DNA of 64,000 bases, taken from IMG/VR virus record IMGVR_UViG_3300037743_000134, positions 14,266 to 78,265 of that record; one strand, 5' to 3'. Positions 55,506 through 63,727 of the stretch are shown here, one piece after another. The notes below the pieces were generated by a model. The model was not told the DNA's origin. It worked only from the letters and a program-made list of their open reading frames with translations, and did not search any database. Numbering within the stretch: position 1 is the stretch's first letter; each line of letters opens with the position of its first letter. Made by a program: the position numbers and the translations under genes. Origin of the DNA: a virus. Lineage: Duplodnaviria > Caudoviricetes.

Positions 55506-56245
55506 GGCTGCACCGCGATCATGCGGTCGACCAGCCCCAACGCAGACAGCTGCAAGCGCTCGACGGTTGCGCGCGCGGAGTCCCACGCGGCGTCCATCGC
55601 GGCGGCCCACGCGGCGTCCCTCGCGGCGGCCCACGCGGAGTCCATCGCGGCGGCCCACGCGGCGTCCCTCGCGGCGGCCCACGCGGAGTCCCTCGCGGCG
55701 GCCCACGCGGCGGCCCTCGCGGCGTCCCTCGCGGCGGCCCACGCGGCGTCCCTCGCGGCGGCCCTCGCGGCGGCCCACGCGGCGGCCCTCGCGGCGGCCG
55801 CTACTACGCGCGCGCGGTCCAGCACCACGAGAGCGGTCTCCACCGTTGTTCCGTCCACCAGCTCCTGCAGCGCACGCAACGCGGCGGCGTGCTCCGTGCA
55901 CGACGGCGCCATATCTAGCCACGCTGGCGTTTGCTCGCGGACGTACCAGTCGAGAGCCATCCGCGATCGGCGCAGCTCGACGTCCGGCGTGCTGCGGGTA
56001 CCAACGAGGCGCGGTATCAGATCGCGGAGCAATCGCGTGCGGTCAGCGTCCGGTAGTCCGTCGTTCCACGCGCGCAGGAATGCGCCGATTACTGGACACG
56101 CGCATCCGGGATGGTCGGTCCACTCCCCGGCGACGTATGCTACAGCCTCCATCACACAGGCGCCCTTGCTGACGTCGTCGTGCTGGCCGCTGTCGAGCGT
56201 CCACGTCATGGCCTCGGCGAGGCGCTGCGGGTCGATGGTGGTCAC
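55502..56245 (-). CDS. Phage early protein with (A/D/S)AA(W/R/M) tetrapeptide repeats
   Basis: GTGA-coupled; ACVMEAVAYVAGE..DHP.C.CPVI N-domain; AAWAAARDAA tract. Confidence 0.75.
   Translation of the reverse strand: MTTIDPQRLAEAMTWTLDSGQHDDVSKGACVMEAVAYVAGEWTDHPGCACPVIGAFLRAWNDGLPDADRTRLLRDLIPRLVGTRSTPDVELRRSRMALDWYVREQTPAWLDMAPSCTEHAAALRALQELVDGTTVETALVVLDRARVVAAAARAAAWAAARAAARDAAWAAARDAARAAAWAAARDSAWAAARDAAWAAAMDSAWAAARDAAWAAAMDAAWDSARATVERLQLSALGLVDRMIAVQP
55574..55801. repeat. 19 copies of a 12-bp minisatellite CGCGG(C/A)G(G/T)CC(C/A)(A/T)
   Basis: Counted directly: 228 bp, no spacers; last copy degenerate. Confidence 0.92.
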
Positions 56246-56532
56246 GGCAGTTCCCCCACAGCATCGAGCACCGACGCATCCGCCACCGGAGCAGCGGGCA
56301 ATTCTTTCGGTCGCATCGCGCGGAGCTCGACGAGGGCATCCTCGGGGTCGGTGTGCTCCTTGGTCCAAGAGAGCCCGTCGACGTAGGCGCGGTAGGTGAT
56401 CCCGACCGGCTTGCTCTCCTTGTCGAGCCGACGGCTCGCGTCGCTGTGTTCCGTCGCCTCGATCTGCACCGCGAAGTAACGGCCGTTGGCGACGGCGCGG
56501 ACGGCGAGATGGAAGGATTTTAGGGACATCAT
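56242..56532 (-). CDS. Hypothetical protein
   Basis: ATGA-coupled, MMSLKSFHLAVR. Confidence 0.6.
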   Translation of the reverse strand: MMSLKSFHLAVRAVANGRYFAVQIEATEHSDASRRLDKESKPVGITYRAYVDGLSWTKEHTDPEDALVELRAMRPKELPAAPVADASVLDAVGELP

Positions 56533-56909
56533 GGCTGCACCGCCTCTTCCCGGAACACCGCGATCACCACCGCAATCGAGCTCGAGCACGGGCACGTCCG
56601 GACGACGTAGTGCTCGTAAGCGTCGATGTGGTCGTAGCCAAAGGGCAGGTCGGCAAATTGAGCCGCCGAGTAGCAGCGACCGCAGCGACATTCCTTGACG
56701 ATGGGCTCGGCGCGTACGCTGTAGAAACCGGGCGACCGCGTCGCGTCGCTGCCGACGGCGGGGGCGACTGGGTGGGTGGGGGACGGTGTTGCGTCGCCCT
56801 CGTCGACAATCAACGGGTACGTCGGCGCGCAAGAGGGCGTAGGGTGGGCGATCCCGCTGGCCGTGGTGGCTGCGGGGCGTGGGTGGACTGAAACGTGGGA
56901 GGTCGACAT
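56529..56909 (-). CDS. First gene of early-left operon; C-terminal Cys cluster
   Basis: GGAG RBS; CRCGRC...CPC. Confidence 0.55.
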   Translation of the reverse strand: MSTSHVSVHPRPAATTASGIAHPTPSCAPTYPLIVDEGDATPSPTHPVAPAVGSDATRSPGFYSVRAEPIVKECRCGRCYSAAQFADLPFGYDHIDAYEHYVVRTCPCSSSIAVVIAVFREEAVQP

Positions 56910-56932
56910 GGTGGCTCCGTTGGATAAGAGCC

Positions 56933-56961
56933 AGTATATGCCAGTCCGGCATTATGTCAAG
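56933..56961 (-). promoter_or_regulatory. PL-like promoter TTGACA-16-TATACT with overlapping operator
   Basis: Minus strand; contains ATGCC-N5-GGCAT palindrome. Confidence 0.75.
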
Positions 56962-57089
56962 CGGGCATGCAAGACTTTTTCTTGCACACACCCACCGACA
57001 TTGCCAGGGGCGAAGTCATGACCGTGATCTGTCGCTGGCGCGGCGTCTGGGTGGCTCGCGTCTATGAGCGTTGCGGCCCTGGCCTACGC

Positions 57090-57443
57090 CTAGCGCTGCT
57101 TCTTGCCGGCTCGTGGCCCTACGTACGCCTGCAGCTGCGGGAGGAGCTCGGACACGATCTGGTGGGCGAGGTCCCCGGTTTCAGCCTTGATGCGCGTCGC
57201 GAGCCGGACACCGCCAAAGACGTACGAGAGATCCATGCCTCGGCGTGCACAGGTGTCGAGCAAGACCAGGAGGCTTTCGAGTTTCAGGCTCCGCTCTCGC
57301 CCGAATCGTGAGATCGACGACTGCGAAATGCTCGTCATGCCGGCGAGCTTCTCCTGGGTGAGCTTCAAGCGCTTCTGCTCTTCCTTGAATCGAGCATTCA
57401 CGGTCACGGCGAGCGCCTCTGATGCCGCAGCTTTTTCGGCCAC
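57090..57443 (-). CDS. XRE-family HTH repressor (CI-like, no LexA-type protease domain)
   Basis: LTQEKLAGMTSISQSSISR; divergent from cro-like gene. Confidence 0.8.
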   Translation of the reverse strand: MAEKAAASEALAVTVNARFKEEQKRLKLTQEKLAGMTSISQSSISRFGRERSLKLESLLVLLDTCARRGMDLSYVFGGVRLATRIKAETGDLAHQIVSELLPQLQAYVGPRAGKKQR

Positions 57444-57466
57444 CCGCGGAGCCTTGCATATGCGCC

Positions 57467-57496
57467 CTTGACATATTGTCCGTCTGGCATAAGAAT
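57467..57496 (+). promoter_or_regulatory. PR-like promoter/operator
   Basis: TTGACA 57468-73; 57467-57491 matches the PL element at 21 of 25 bp. Confidence 0.7.
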
Positions 57497-57788
57497 GGGC
57501 CTCGTGAATCGCGGAGCCAAACTGCTGGGAGCGCTACTCGCTGAGCGAGGGGCCCAAAAGCGGCTTGCCGATGAACTTGGGATTGACCAGGGCTACCTGA
57601 GCCGGATCGCAAGCGGAGAGCGCATCCCAGGACTGGACGCCAGGCGAAAGCTCAAGCCGCTCGGCATCGACCTGGAGGCATGGGACGAGCCGAGTGCAGA
57701 GAATGACGCCGACGACGACGCCCCCGACAGCGACACCAAGCCGACCCCGAGCAAGGGCTCGCCGGTGCAGAGCAAGGCGGCCGGCTGA
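57495..57788 (+). CDS. Cro-like XRE HTH protein (start ATG 57495 or GTG 57504)
   Basis: AQKRLADELGIDQGYLSRIASGERIP. Confidence 0.82.
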   Translation: MGLVNRGAKLLGALLAERGAQKRLADELGIDQGYLSRIASGERIPGLDARRKLKPLGIDLEAWDEPSAENDADDDAPDSDTKPTPSKGSPVQSKAAG

Positions 57789-57849
57789 TGATGCCCAGCG
57801 CATCCATCGCACCGTCGCACACCGACGCACGCGCCGTAACTAGGCACAC

Positions 57850-58110
57850 GTGCAGGAGTGCCGCGTGATGGCGCGCCCGGCGTACTACTCGTACCCCGAC
57901 CAGATCGGTCACTTCGCGCGCGTCAACGACGTGCACGGCGAGCGTATTCGCGGGCCGCACGGCACGATCCTCCACGAGTGCCAGCGCTGTTCGAATCGTC
58001 AATATATCCTGCTGAATTCTCAGTATCTGCCGAAGTGCCGAAGGTGCGGTGCGCAGAGCTCGGGCGTCAATCCGCTCGAAGTGCGCCGCCCAAAGTTTTT
58101 GACCGGTTGA
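57850..58110 (+). CDS. Small zinc-ribbon protein
   Basis: CQRC...CRRC; start may be ATG 57868. Confidence 0.5.
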   Translation: MQECRVMARPAYYSYPDQIGHFARVNDVHGERIRGPHGTILHECQRCSNRQYILLNSQYLPKCRRCGAQSSGVNPLEVRRPKFLTG

Positions 58111-58137
58111 GCCGCGAAGCGCGGCGATCAGGGAAGG

Positions 58138-58177
58138 CTCTGAAAACGTGTCAACCTCTGAAAACGTAAGCACCTCT
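58138..58177. repeat. 18-bp-period direct repeats CTCTGAAAACGT
   Basis: Copies at 58138 and 58156, partial third ACCTCT at 58172. Confidence 0.75.
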
Positions 58178-58221
58178 ACTGGACATGAGTCCGCCTGCGT
58201 GCAGGGCGGGGGCGCGCGACC

Positions 58222-59547
58222 ATGAGCGCCGACTTCACTGTTGACAGCGAATTCGCTTCGCTGATTCAGCCGCTCTCTCGCGACGAGCACGCACAGCTCG
58301 AAGCTAACCTGCGCGCCGAAGGTTGCCGCGAGCCGCTGACAGTGTGGGCCGACCAAAGCATCTTGCTCGACGGACACAACCGCTACGGCATCTGTCGCAC
58401 CCACAATATCGAGTTCACCACGTGCGAGCTTTTCTTTCCAGATCGCGATGCGGCCAAGCGTTGGATCATCACCAACCAACTCGGTCGGCGCAACCTGACG
58501 CCGGAGTCCATCTCGTACCTGCGCGGAAAGCTGTACCGGGAAGCAGAAAAGCAACAGGGCGCACGGACGGATCTACTTCCGGAAAAAGTTTCCGGAAGTG
58601 ACACGGCTAAACGGCTTGCTGAACAATTCAATGTCACCGACCGCACGATCCGAAACGATGCCGCCTTCTCCGAAGAGCTCGACGCGTTGGCCGAAGAGCT
58701 CGGCGACGACTTCCGCCAGGACGTGCTGAGTCGCGATAACACAGAGATCAAACGCACCGAGGTGGTGGACCTTGCACGGCGGGCGAAGAATGACCCGGAA
58801 CGACGCAAGGCAATCGTCGAGAAGCTGAGAAGCAAAGAAGCCGCTTCTGTCAAGGACGCCGATCGGGCGCTCAGAAATGAAGAGCGCGCCGCGGAGCGGG
58901 AGAAGGCCATCGCCTCGGCTTCTCTGGATCCAGACAAGTGGTGCAAAGGCGATGTCTGCCGAATCGAAGAGCTCGATCTCCCCGAGAACTCCATCGATAT
59001 GGTGTTCACGGATCCGCCATATCACGAAGAGCACCTTGACCTAATTGGTCACCTGGCTCGCGTCGCGGCGCGAGCATTGAAGCCGGGCGGGCTCTGCCTT
59101 GTTTGCGTGGGGCAGATGTACCTTCCGCGCGTCATCTACGACTTGAACGAGCGCCTGGAATACGTCTGGCAGTTCGTCGTCTTTCATCCGTTCAGCCAGG
59201 CGCGCTGCAACAGTCGGGCCGTCTTCTACAACTACAGACCGATCCTGGTTTTTAGAAAGCCTGGGAAGCTTCCGCACGCCAGCGAACAGCCGTGGGTTCA
59301 AGACGTAGTCCGGGGCCGCCGCGACAAGGATGAGCACGATTGGCAGCAGGACGAAGACGCTCCGCGTCAGTATATTGAGGCGTACACGAAGCCTGGCGAT
59401 ACCGTGCTTGAACCGTTCACGGGCGGCGGCACGACGGCTGCGGTTTGCAAGGCGTTGGGGCGCAAGTGTCTCTATTTCGACATAGCAGAAAGTGCGGTTT
59501 CGATTACTCGCGCTCGACTTCAGAAGATTCAGGAGAATGCAGCATGA
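58222..59547 (+). CDS. ParB-like N-domain + HTH + beta-class N6A/N4C DNA methyltransferase fusion
   Basis: ILLDGHNRY, NQLGRRNL, GARTDL; FTDPPY (motif IV) before VLEPFTGGGTT (motif I). Confidence 0.88.
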   Translation: MSADFTVDSEFASLIQPLSRDEHAQLEANLRAEGCREPLTVWADQSILLDGHNRYGICRTHNIEFTTCELFFPDRDAAKRWIITNQLGRRNLTPESISYLRGKLYREAEKQQGARTDLLPEKVSGSDTAKRLAEQFNVTDRTIRNDAAFSEELDALAEELGDDFRQDVLSRDNTEIKRTEVVDLARRAKNDPERRKAIVEKLRSKEAASVKDADRALRNEERAAEREKAIASASLDPDKWCKGDVCRIEELDLPENSIDMVFTDPPYHEEHLDLIGHLARVAARALKPGGLCLVCVGQMYLPRVIYDLNERLEYVWQFVVFHPFSQARCNSRAVFYNYRPILVFRKPGKLPHASEQPWVQDVVRGRRDKDEHDWQQDEDAPRQYIEAYTKPGDTVLEPFTGGGTTAAVCKALGRKCLYFDIAESAVSITRARLQKIQENAA

Positions 59548-61400
59548 TTCCCATCAAGGTAAGTCCAGAAAACGTGGGCCCGCTGATCATTCGCGCTTAC
59601 CGCGAAAGCGATTATCACCAGTACATCCGGGAGCTGCTCCAGAACTCGCTCGAGGCCGAGTCAAAACAGATCGAGTTCATGCCAGAGTGGCAGGCGGTCG
59701 AGCGCAAAGGCGTTTGGCGTCTCATGGTCGCCGACAATGGTTGCGGCATGACCGCGGAGCAACTTGAGCGCTACCTCGGCGAGTTCGGGCAAGGAGGCAA
59801 GGCGATAGGCGGCTACCACGAGAACTACGGCATAGGCGCGAAGAGCTCCACGCTCCCGTGGAACCCGGACGGAGTCGTTATCATTTCGTACACTCCCGAA
59901 TACCCGGACGGGGCCATGATTTGGCTGCGATACGATACGGAGTCCGGCATGTATGGACTTCGGGAGCTTTCTGCCGATGGCGAAGGCGTGGTGGGGCCAT
60001 GGGACGACACGGACGGACCATCCGGAATCGACTGGAGCAGCGTGGCACCCGAATGGGTACGGCCACGGGGCACCGTAGTGATCCTACTCGGCGGTAACGA
60101 CACGGAGGACACGTTCCTTGGTAAGAAGGGCGCGGATATTCTTCGCCACGTGCGTAAGTACATCAACGCGCGCTTCTGGGAAATTCCGGAAGGCGTGAAG
60201 GTCGGAGTCACTGAGCCCAACCAGCGTACGGATCTGCCGACGTCACGGGCTGGGGCTTTCAGCGCTCCCGCGGGAAAGCGAAACGGTCCTCTCTCTCGCA
60301 ACTACGTTTACGGGGCACGCAAGTACGTACTCGACGAGCAGGGCCAGTCCGACCACCTTGACCTTAAGGATGGCACGCGAGTTCATTGGTTTCTCAGGAG
60401 CATCCCTTTCGGCCAGGACGGCGATTACAGGCCGCGCCGTGGCTACGTTGCCGCTCTGTACCGGAACGAGCTTTACGGCTCCAGTGATCACCCGCAGACA
60501 TTTCGTGCTTGGGGGATCGGCGATGCCAAGGTCGCCGCGCGCCTAAGCCTGATCATTGAGCCCATGATCGCCGGAGACGGAGACGGCGTATTCCCTAGTC
60601 AGGCCAGGTCTGCGCTATTCATGCAAAAGGCTGGAGGCAGCGCTGAACTGCCGTGGGATCGCTGGCGAGAAGAGTTCCGAGAACATTTGCCGGAAGCGAT
60701 CGAGGCCGCGCTCAGCGCTCCGAATGAATCGGACGATGAAACGGACGAGCGCCTGCTCGAAATCGCTCGGAGACTGAACGAGCGCTACTCGGGAGAAAAT
60801 CTAGCAGAGCTCAGACTGCAAGAGCAGGGACGGGAGCGCGTCAAGCCGGAGCGGCGAGCGGGTCCCAGGACGCCCCCTGGGCCCCCTGGGCCACAGCGAC
60901 CGAAACGGAATCGCCCACTCAATGTCGGTACAAGGAAAGGCACCGAGTCGGCAGTTGCAGACAAGAAGTCCGAATCCGGTTTACCGGAATTGCACTGGGT
61001 CACCGAGGATTGCCTTGCCGAAGAGGACCAGAGATTCGCCGCAATGTGGGAGGACGAAAGCTCTCGCTGGCCCAGTGGGCACATTGCCGCAAATCGCGAT
61101 TTTCCTCCGATCGTGCTGCTACTGACTGAGATGAAGAAACTTTGGCCGGTATCCATGGGGCACCGCGTTGAGAAAGCCACGCTTGGGGAGTTGGCGGTTT
61201 CGCTCAGAGCGAAGGTGGCAGAGTTTCGCGGCAACATGACTCAGTTCGGTTGGAAGGGTCCCGAAGTCCGCGATGTGCTGAATAACCCCGCCGCCCTGAC
61301 TCTTTGCATGGTTGGCTTCGCCTCCGAGCAAGATGCGATCAAGCGCCAGCTGACTGAGCTTCTCGGCAAACCCCGCAAGCTACGCGCGGTAGGCGAATGA
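59544..61400 (+). CDS. GHKL (MORC/Hsp90/MutL-type) ATPase
   Basis: ATGA-coupled to MTase; IRELLQNSLEA, DNGCGM, NYGIGAK. Confidence 0.85.
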   Translation: MIPIKVSPENVGPLIIRAYRESDYHQYIRELLQNSLEAESKQIEFMPEWQAVERKGVWRLMVADNGCGMTAEQLERYLGEFGQGGKAIGGYHENYGIGAKSSTLPWNPDGVVIISYTPEYPDGAMIWLRYDTESGMYGLRELSADGEGVVGPWDDTDGPSGIDWSSVAPEWVRPRGTVVILLGGNDTEDTFLGKKGADILRHVRKYINARFWEIPEGVKVGVTEPNQRTDLPTSRAGAFSAPAGKRNGPLSRNYVYGARKYVLDEQGQSDHLDLKDGTRVHWFLRSIPFGQDGDYRPRRGYVAALYRNELYGSSDHPQTFRAWGIGDAKVAARLSLIIEPMIAGDGDGVFPSQARSALFMQKAGGSAELPWDRWREEFREHLPEAIEAALSAPNESDDETDERLLEIARRLNERYSGENLAELRLQEQGRERVKPERRAGPRTPPGPPGPQRPKRNRPLNVGTRKGTESAVADKKSESGLPELHWVTEDCLAEEDQRFAAMWEDESSRWPSGHIAANRDFPPIVLLLTEMKKLWPVSMGHRVEKATLGELAVSLRAKVAEFRGNMTQFGWKGPEVRDVLNNPAALTLCMVGFASEQDAIKRQLTELLGKPRKLRAVGE

Positions 61401-61684
61401 ACACCTTCCCCCTCCCGCCCTCCGAGCCGGTGACAGCAGAGGTGTCTGTCACCGGCTCTGAGGCCGCGAGCAGCTCGATAGCCCAACCCGCAGTCGCGCT
61501 CGCGTCCTCGGCTACTCCGCTCGCCGAGGTGATCTGCCTCGAGGAACACCGCAGCGCTCTGATCGAAGAGCTCGAAGCCGAGAAGGACCTCGCGACCATC
61601 GAATCACTACTCAAGATGTGGCGCGCGCGTCCGGGCGACGTGAGTGCTGTGTGGGTGCTCCGGACAATTCAAGGTGCGCCATGA
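61397..61684 (+). CDS. Hypothetical protein
   Basis: ATGA-coupled to ATPase. Confidence 0.6.
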   Translation: MNTFPLPPSEPVTAEVSVTGSEAASSSIAQPAVALASSATPLAEVICLEEHRSALIEELEAEKDLATIESLLKMWRARPGDVSAVWVLRTIQGAP

Positions 61685-61884
61685 GCGGCAACGACTTCAT
61701 CCACGACCTGCTCGGCATGGACCCGTACGGCGTTCCATGCGAGCCGATCTGCAGCGACGAGGATTGCGCCCCGTGTGCAATGACAGAGTGTGGATTCCGC
61801 GAGCCGCTGCATCGTCATCACGACGGCTGCCCCGCGTGCTCGTTACTTTGGGCGCTCGAGGACGGATTGAGGGCGTTGGCATGA
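61681..61884 (+). CDS. Small Cys/His-rich protein
   Basis: CAPC, HRHHDGCPAC. Confidence 0.55.
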   Translation: MSGNDFIHDLLGMDPYGVPCEPICSDEDCAPCAMTECGFREPLHRHHDGCPACSLLWALEDGLRALA

Positions 61885-62084
61885 GTATCACAACCCAAGT
61901 CGACGCGATGCTGGCTGTCATCGACCGCGAGCTCTCGTTGCCTCCTGATTGCTGCGTCGTGTGCGGCGACGTCTCTGCGAGAGAGTTTTGCTCGCCGAGA
62001 TGCCGGCTGGAACTTTGGCGTTCGCGGCGCGGGCTGACGGGCTCCGTGTGGCGCGAAATCGGCGAGCGGAGGGATGGCTACTGA
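61881..62084 (+). CDS. Small zinc-finger protein
   Basis: CVVCG...FCSPRC. Confidence 0.6.
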   Translation: MSITTQVDAMLAVIDRELSLPPDCCVVCGDVSAREFCSPRCRLELWRSRRGLTGSVWREIGERRDGY

Positions 62085-62629
62085 TGATCCAAGACCGCTC
62101 GTTTCTCAAAGAATTCTGCTGCAGCATCAACCGGGGCATCTTCTGGCCGTTTCGCGTCGAACACAGCGGTCAAGGATGGGACTGCGCAACGGATCTAAAG
62201 GGCCTGGTGTTCGTTGCTGGAGCTACCGTGCCCATGCACGACAACTATCCACCGGCTGGGCTCGTGCAAGCCGCCGCAAAACTGGCGCACGTGCCAGACA
62301 AATGCATTGGCGAGGCGTTCGTAGGAGCAATTGTTGACTGGGCTGAACCAAGCTGGACTTGGTACGAGCATCCGAGCGGCGCCATCACTGAACGTGTGCC
62401 GGCGCACCCGTCCTTGCGCATGGCAAAGTTCTGTGGCCGCGTGATGGATCGCTGGCTCGTGTGGCGATTCGTTCACGCGATGCCGCTTAACGAGACCGTT
62501 CGTATTCAAGCGGACGATTCGCCGAAATCTCCGGTCCACATCTGCGGCGACGGCTGGCGCGTCGTGCTTATGCCGTGTCGCGACAAGGTAGGCGTTTGGT
62601 ACGGAGAACCCTTTCCCGGGGCGCCATGA
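62084..62629 (+). CDS. Hypothetical protein
   Basis: TGATG-coupled; ATD.K.LV, C-terminal VLMPCR. Confidence 0.6.
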   Translation: MIQDRSFLKEFCCSINRGIFWPFRVEHSGQGWDCATDLKGLVFVAGATVPMHDNYPPAGLVQAAAKLAHVPDKCIGEAFVGAIVDWAEPSWTWYEHPSGAITERVPAHPSLRMAKFCGRVMDRWLVWRFVHAMPLNETVRIQADDSPKSPVHICGDGWRVVLMPCRDKVGVWYGEPFPGAP

Positions 62630-62718
62630 TTCCGACCTGGATCGCGTGGTGCGCGCTTTTCTTCGGCGTCGGCGTCGAGATGCTCGTGGCACTCGTGTGG
62701 ATTGGAGCAGGTGGCTGA
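62626..62718 (+). CDS. 30-aa TM peptide
   Basis: MIPTWIAWCALFFGVGVEMLVALVWIGAGG, coupled both ends. Confidence 0.55.
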   Translation: MIPTWIAWCALFFGVGVEMLVALVWIGAGG

Positions 62719-63038
62719 TGTTCTGGACCGACCGCGAGCACGTTGTGACCGCCCTGCGAGCAATCGCGGCGAAGGTCTGTGCTTACGGCGGCTCGGGGCG
62801 CTGTGACTGCAAGTACGCTCGCGGCGACACCAAGAACCTGCTCACGGCGACCGAGGCCGGAAACGGCTGTTGTGAGCTCTCGGCTGCAGCGGAAGCCATC
62901 GAGCACATGACCGACCGCGAATGGGAGATGGTCAAGAAGCGTTCGCGGCTCGCGATGGTGAAGGTCGTGAAGAAGATCGAGGCGAAGCCAGCGATCGTAG
63001 CGAAACTGATGCGTGAGAAGGGGATTGAGCCAGCATGA
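62718..63038 (+). CDS. Hypothetical protein
   Basis: TGATG-coupled; CAYG..RCDCKY, GCCE. Confidence 0.6.
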   Translation: MFWTDREHVVTALRAIAAKVCAYGGSGRCDCKYARGDTKNLLTATEAGNGCCELSAAAEAIEHMTDREWEMVKKRSRLAMVKVVKKIEAKPAIVAKLMREKGIEPA

Positions 63039-63121
63039 TCCCCTGGTACCTCGCGCCGCTCTGTTTCGCCTTTGGGGTGCTCGCGGCTGCGGTCTGGATT
63101 GGGAGCGGAGGCCCGTCATGA
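63035..63121 (+). CDS. 28-aa TM peptide
   Basis: MIPWYLAPLCFAFGVLAAAVWIGSGGPS, coupled both ends. Confidence 0.55.
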   Translation: MIPWYLAPLCFAFGVLAAAVWIGSGGPS

Positions 63122-63318
63122 CCCAGTGCCCGAAGTGCGGAGGCTCAGATATCCGCGGACCGTTCTACCACGACGGCGGATACCCGTATCACGAGGAGTG
63201 TCTCATCTACCGTTGCCAGTGCGGCTACGTGCAGACGCGCCCCTGCTGCGACTCGACTAAGCCGCGGGTGAAGACGCTCGCCGAGATTGCCGAGACGGCG
63301 AAGGGCGGGAAGCCATGA
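63118..63318 (+). CDS. Small zinc-ribbon protein
   Basis: CPKCG...CQCG. Confidence 0.6.
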   Translation: MTQCPKCGGSDIRGPFYHDGGYPYHEECLIYRCQCGYVQTRPCCDSTKPRVKTLAEIAETAKGGKP

Positions 63319-63398
63319 CCGACCACGCCCTGTCCTGGGTTCTCATCGCGGTTTGCCTCGTGTGGCTCTGCACGCTGGCGGGAGGGTCGGGCGCGTGA
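63315..63398 (+). CDS. 27-aa TM peptide
   Basis: MTDHALSWVLIAVCLVWLCTLAGGSGA, coupled both ends. Confidence 0.5.
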   Translation: MTDHALSWVLIAVCLVWLCTLAGGSGA

Positions 63399-63727
63399 CT
63401 TGGCGCACCGCAGAGGATATCGCGGAGGAGCTTCGCGTGGGCCGCACGAAGGCCTACCAAATCGCGCGTGAGATTGGCGTCAAGATGGGTGCGAACATTC
63501 GCGTTTCACCGGAGGCATGGCAACGATGGCTCGACGGGCTCCCCAAGGCTTCTACAAGCGAAACCGCGTCTGGTACTGGCGCACCGATCCCATCACCAAA
63601 CAGGCGCACTCGTCGCGATGCACAAACCTCGACGCTGCCATCCGCGCCCACTGCGAACGCCAGCGACGGGCGGTCGACCCTGCATACGCGGCCGAGAAAG
63701 ACCCGGGGATCAACAGCTGGGCCATGA
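63395..63727 (+). CDS. xis: Excisionase-like HTH protein
   Basis: TAEDIAEELRVGRTKAYQI...IRVS..AWQRW; overlaps integrase start. Confidence 0.7.
   Translation: MTWRTAEDIAEELRVGRTKAYQIAREIGVKMGANIRVSPEAWQRWLDGLPKASTSETASGTGAPIPSPNRRTRRDAQTSTLPSAPTANASDGRSTLHTRPRKTRGSTAGP

Noticed and set aside
55574-55801. Possible CRISPR array
   Set aside because: 12-bp tandem units with no unique spacers, in frame within a CDS, and no cas genes.
55278-56399. ORFs 55408..56172 (+), 55521..56399 (+) and the 5' part of 55278..55922 (-) with RRPS/AAAH/GRRE repeats
   Set aside because: Shadow frames of the GC-rich minisatellite; the coupled minus-strand ORF 55502..56245 fits the operon.
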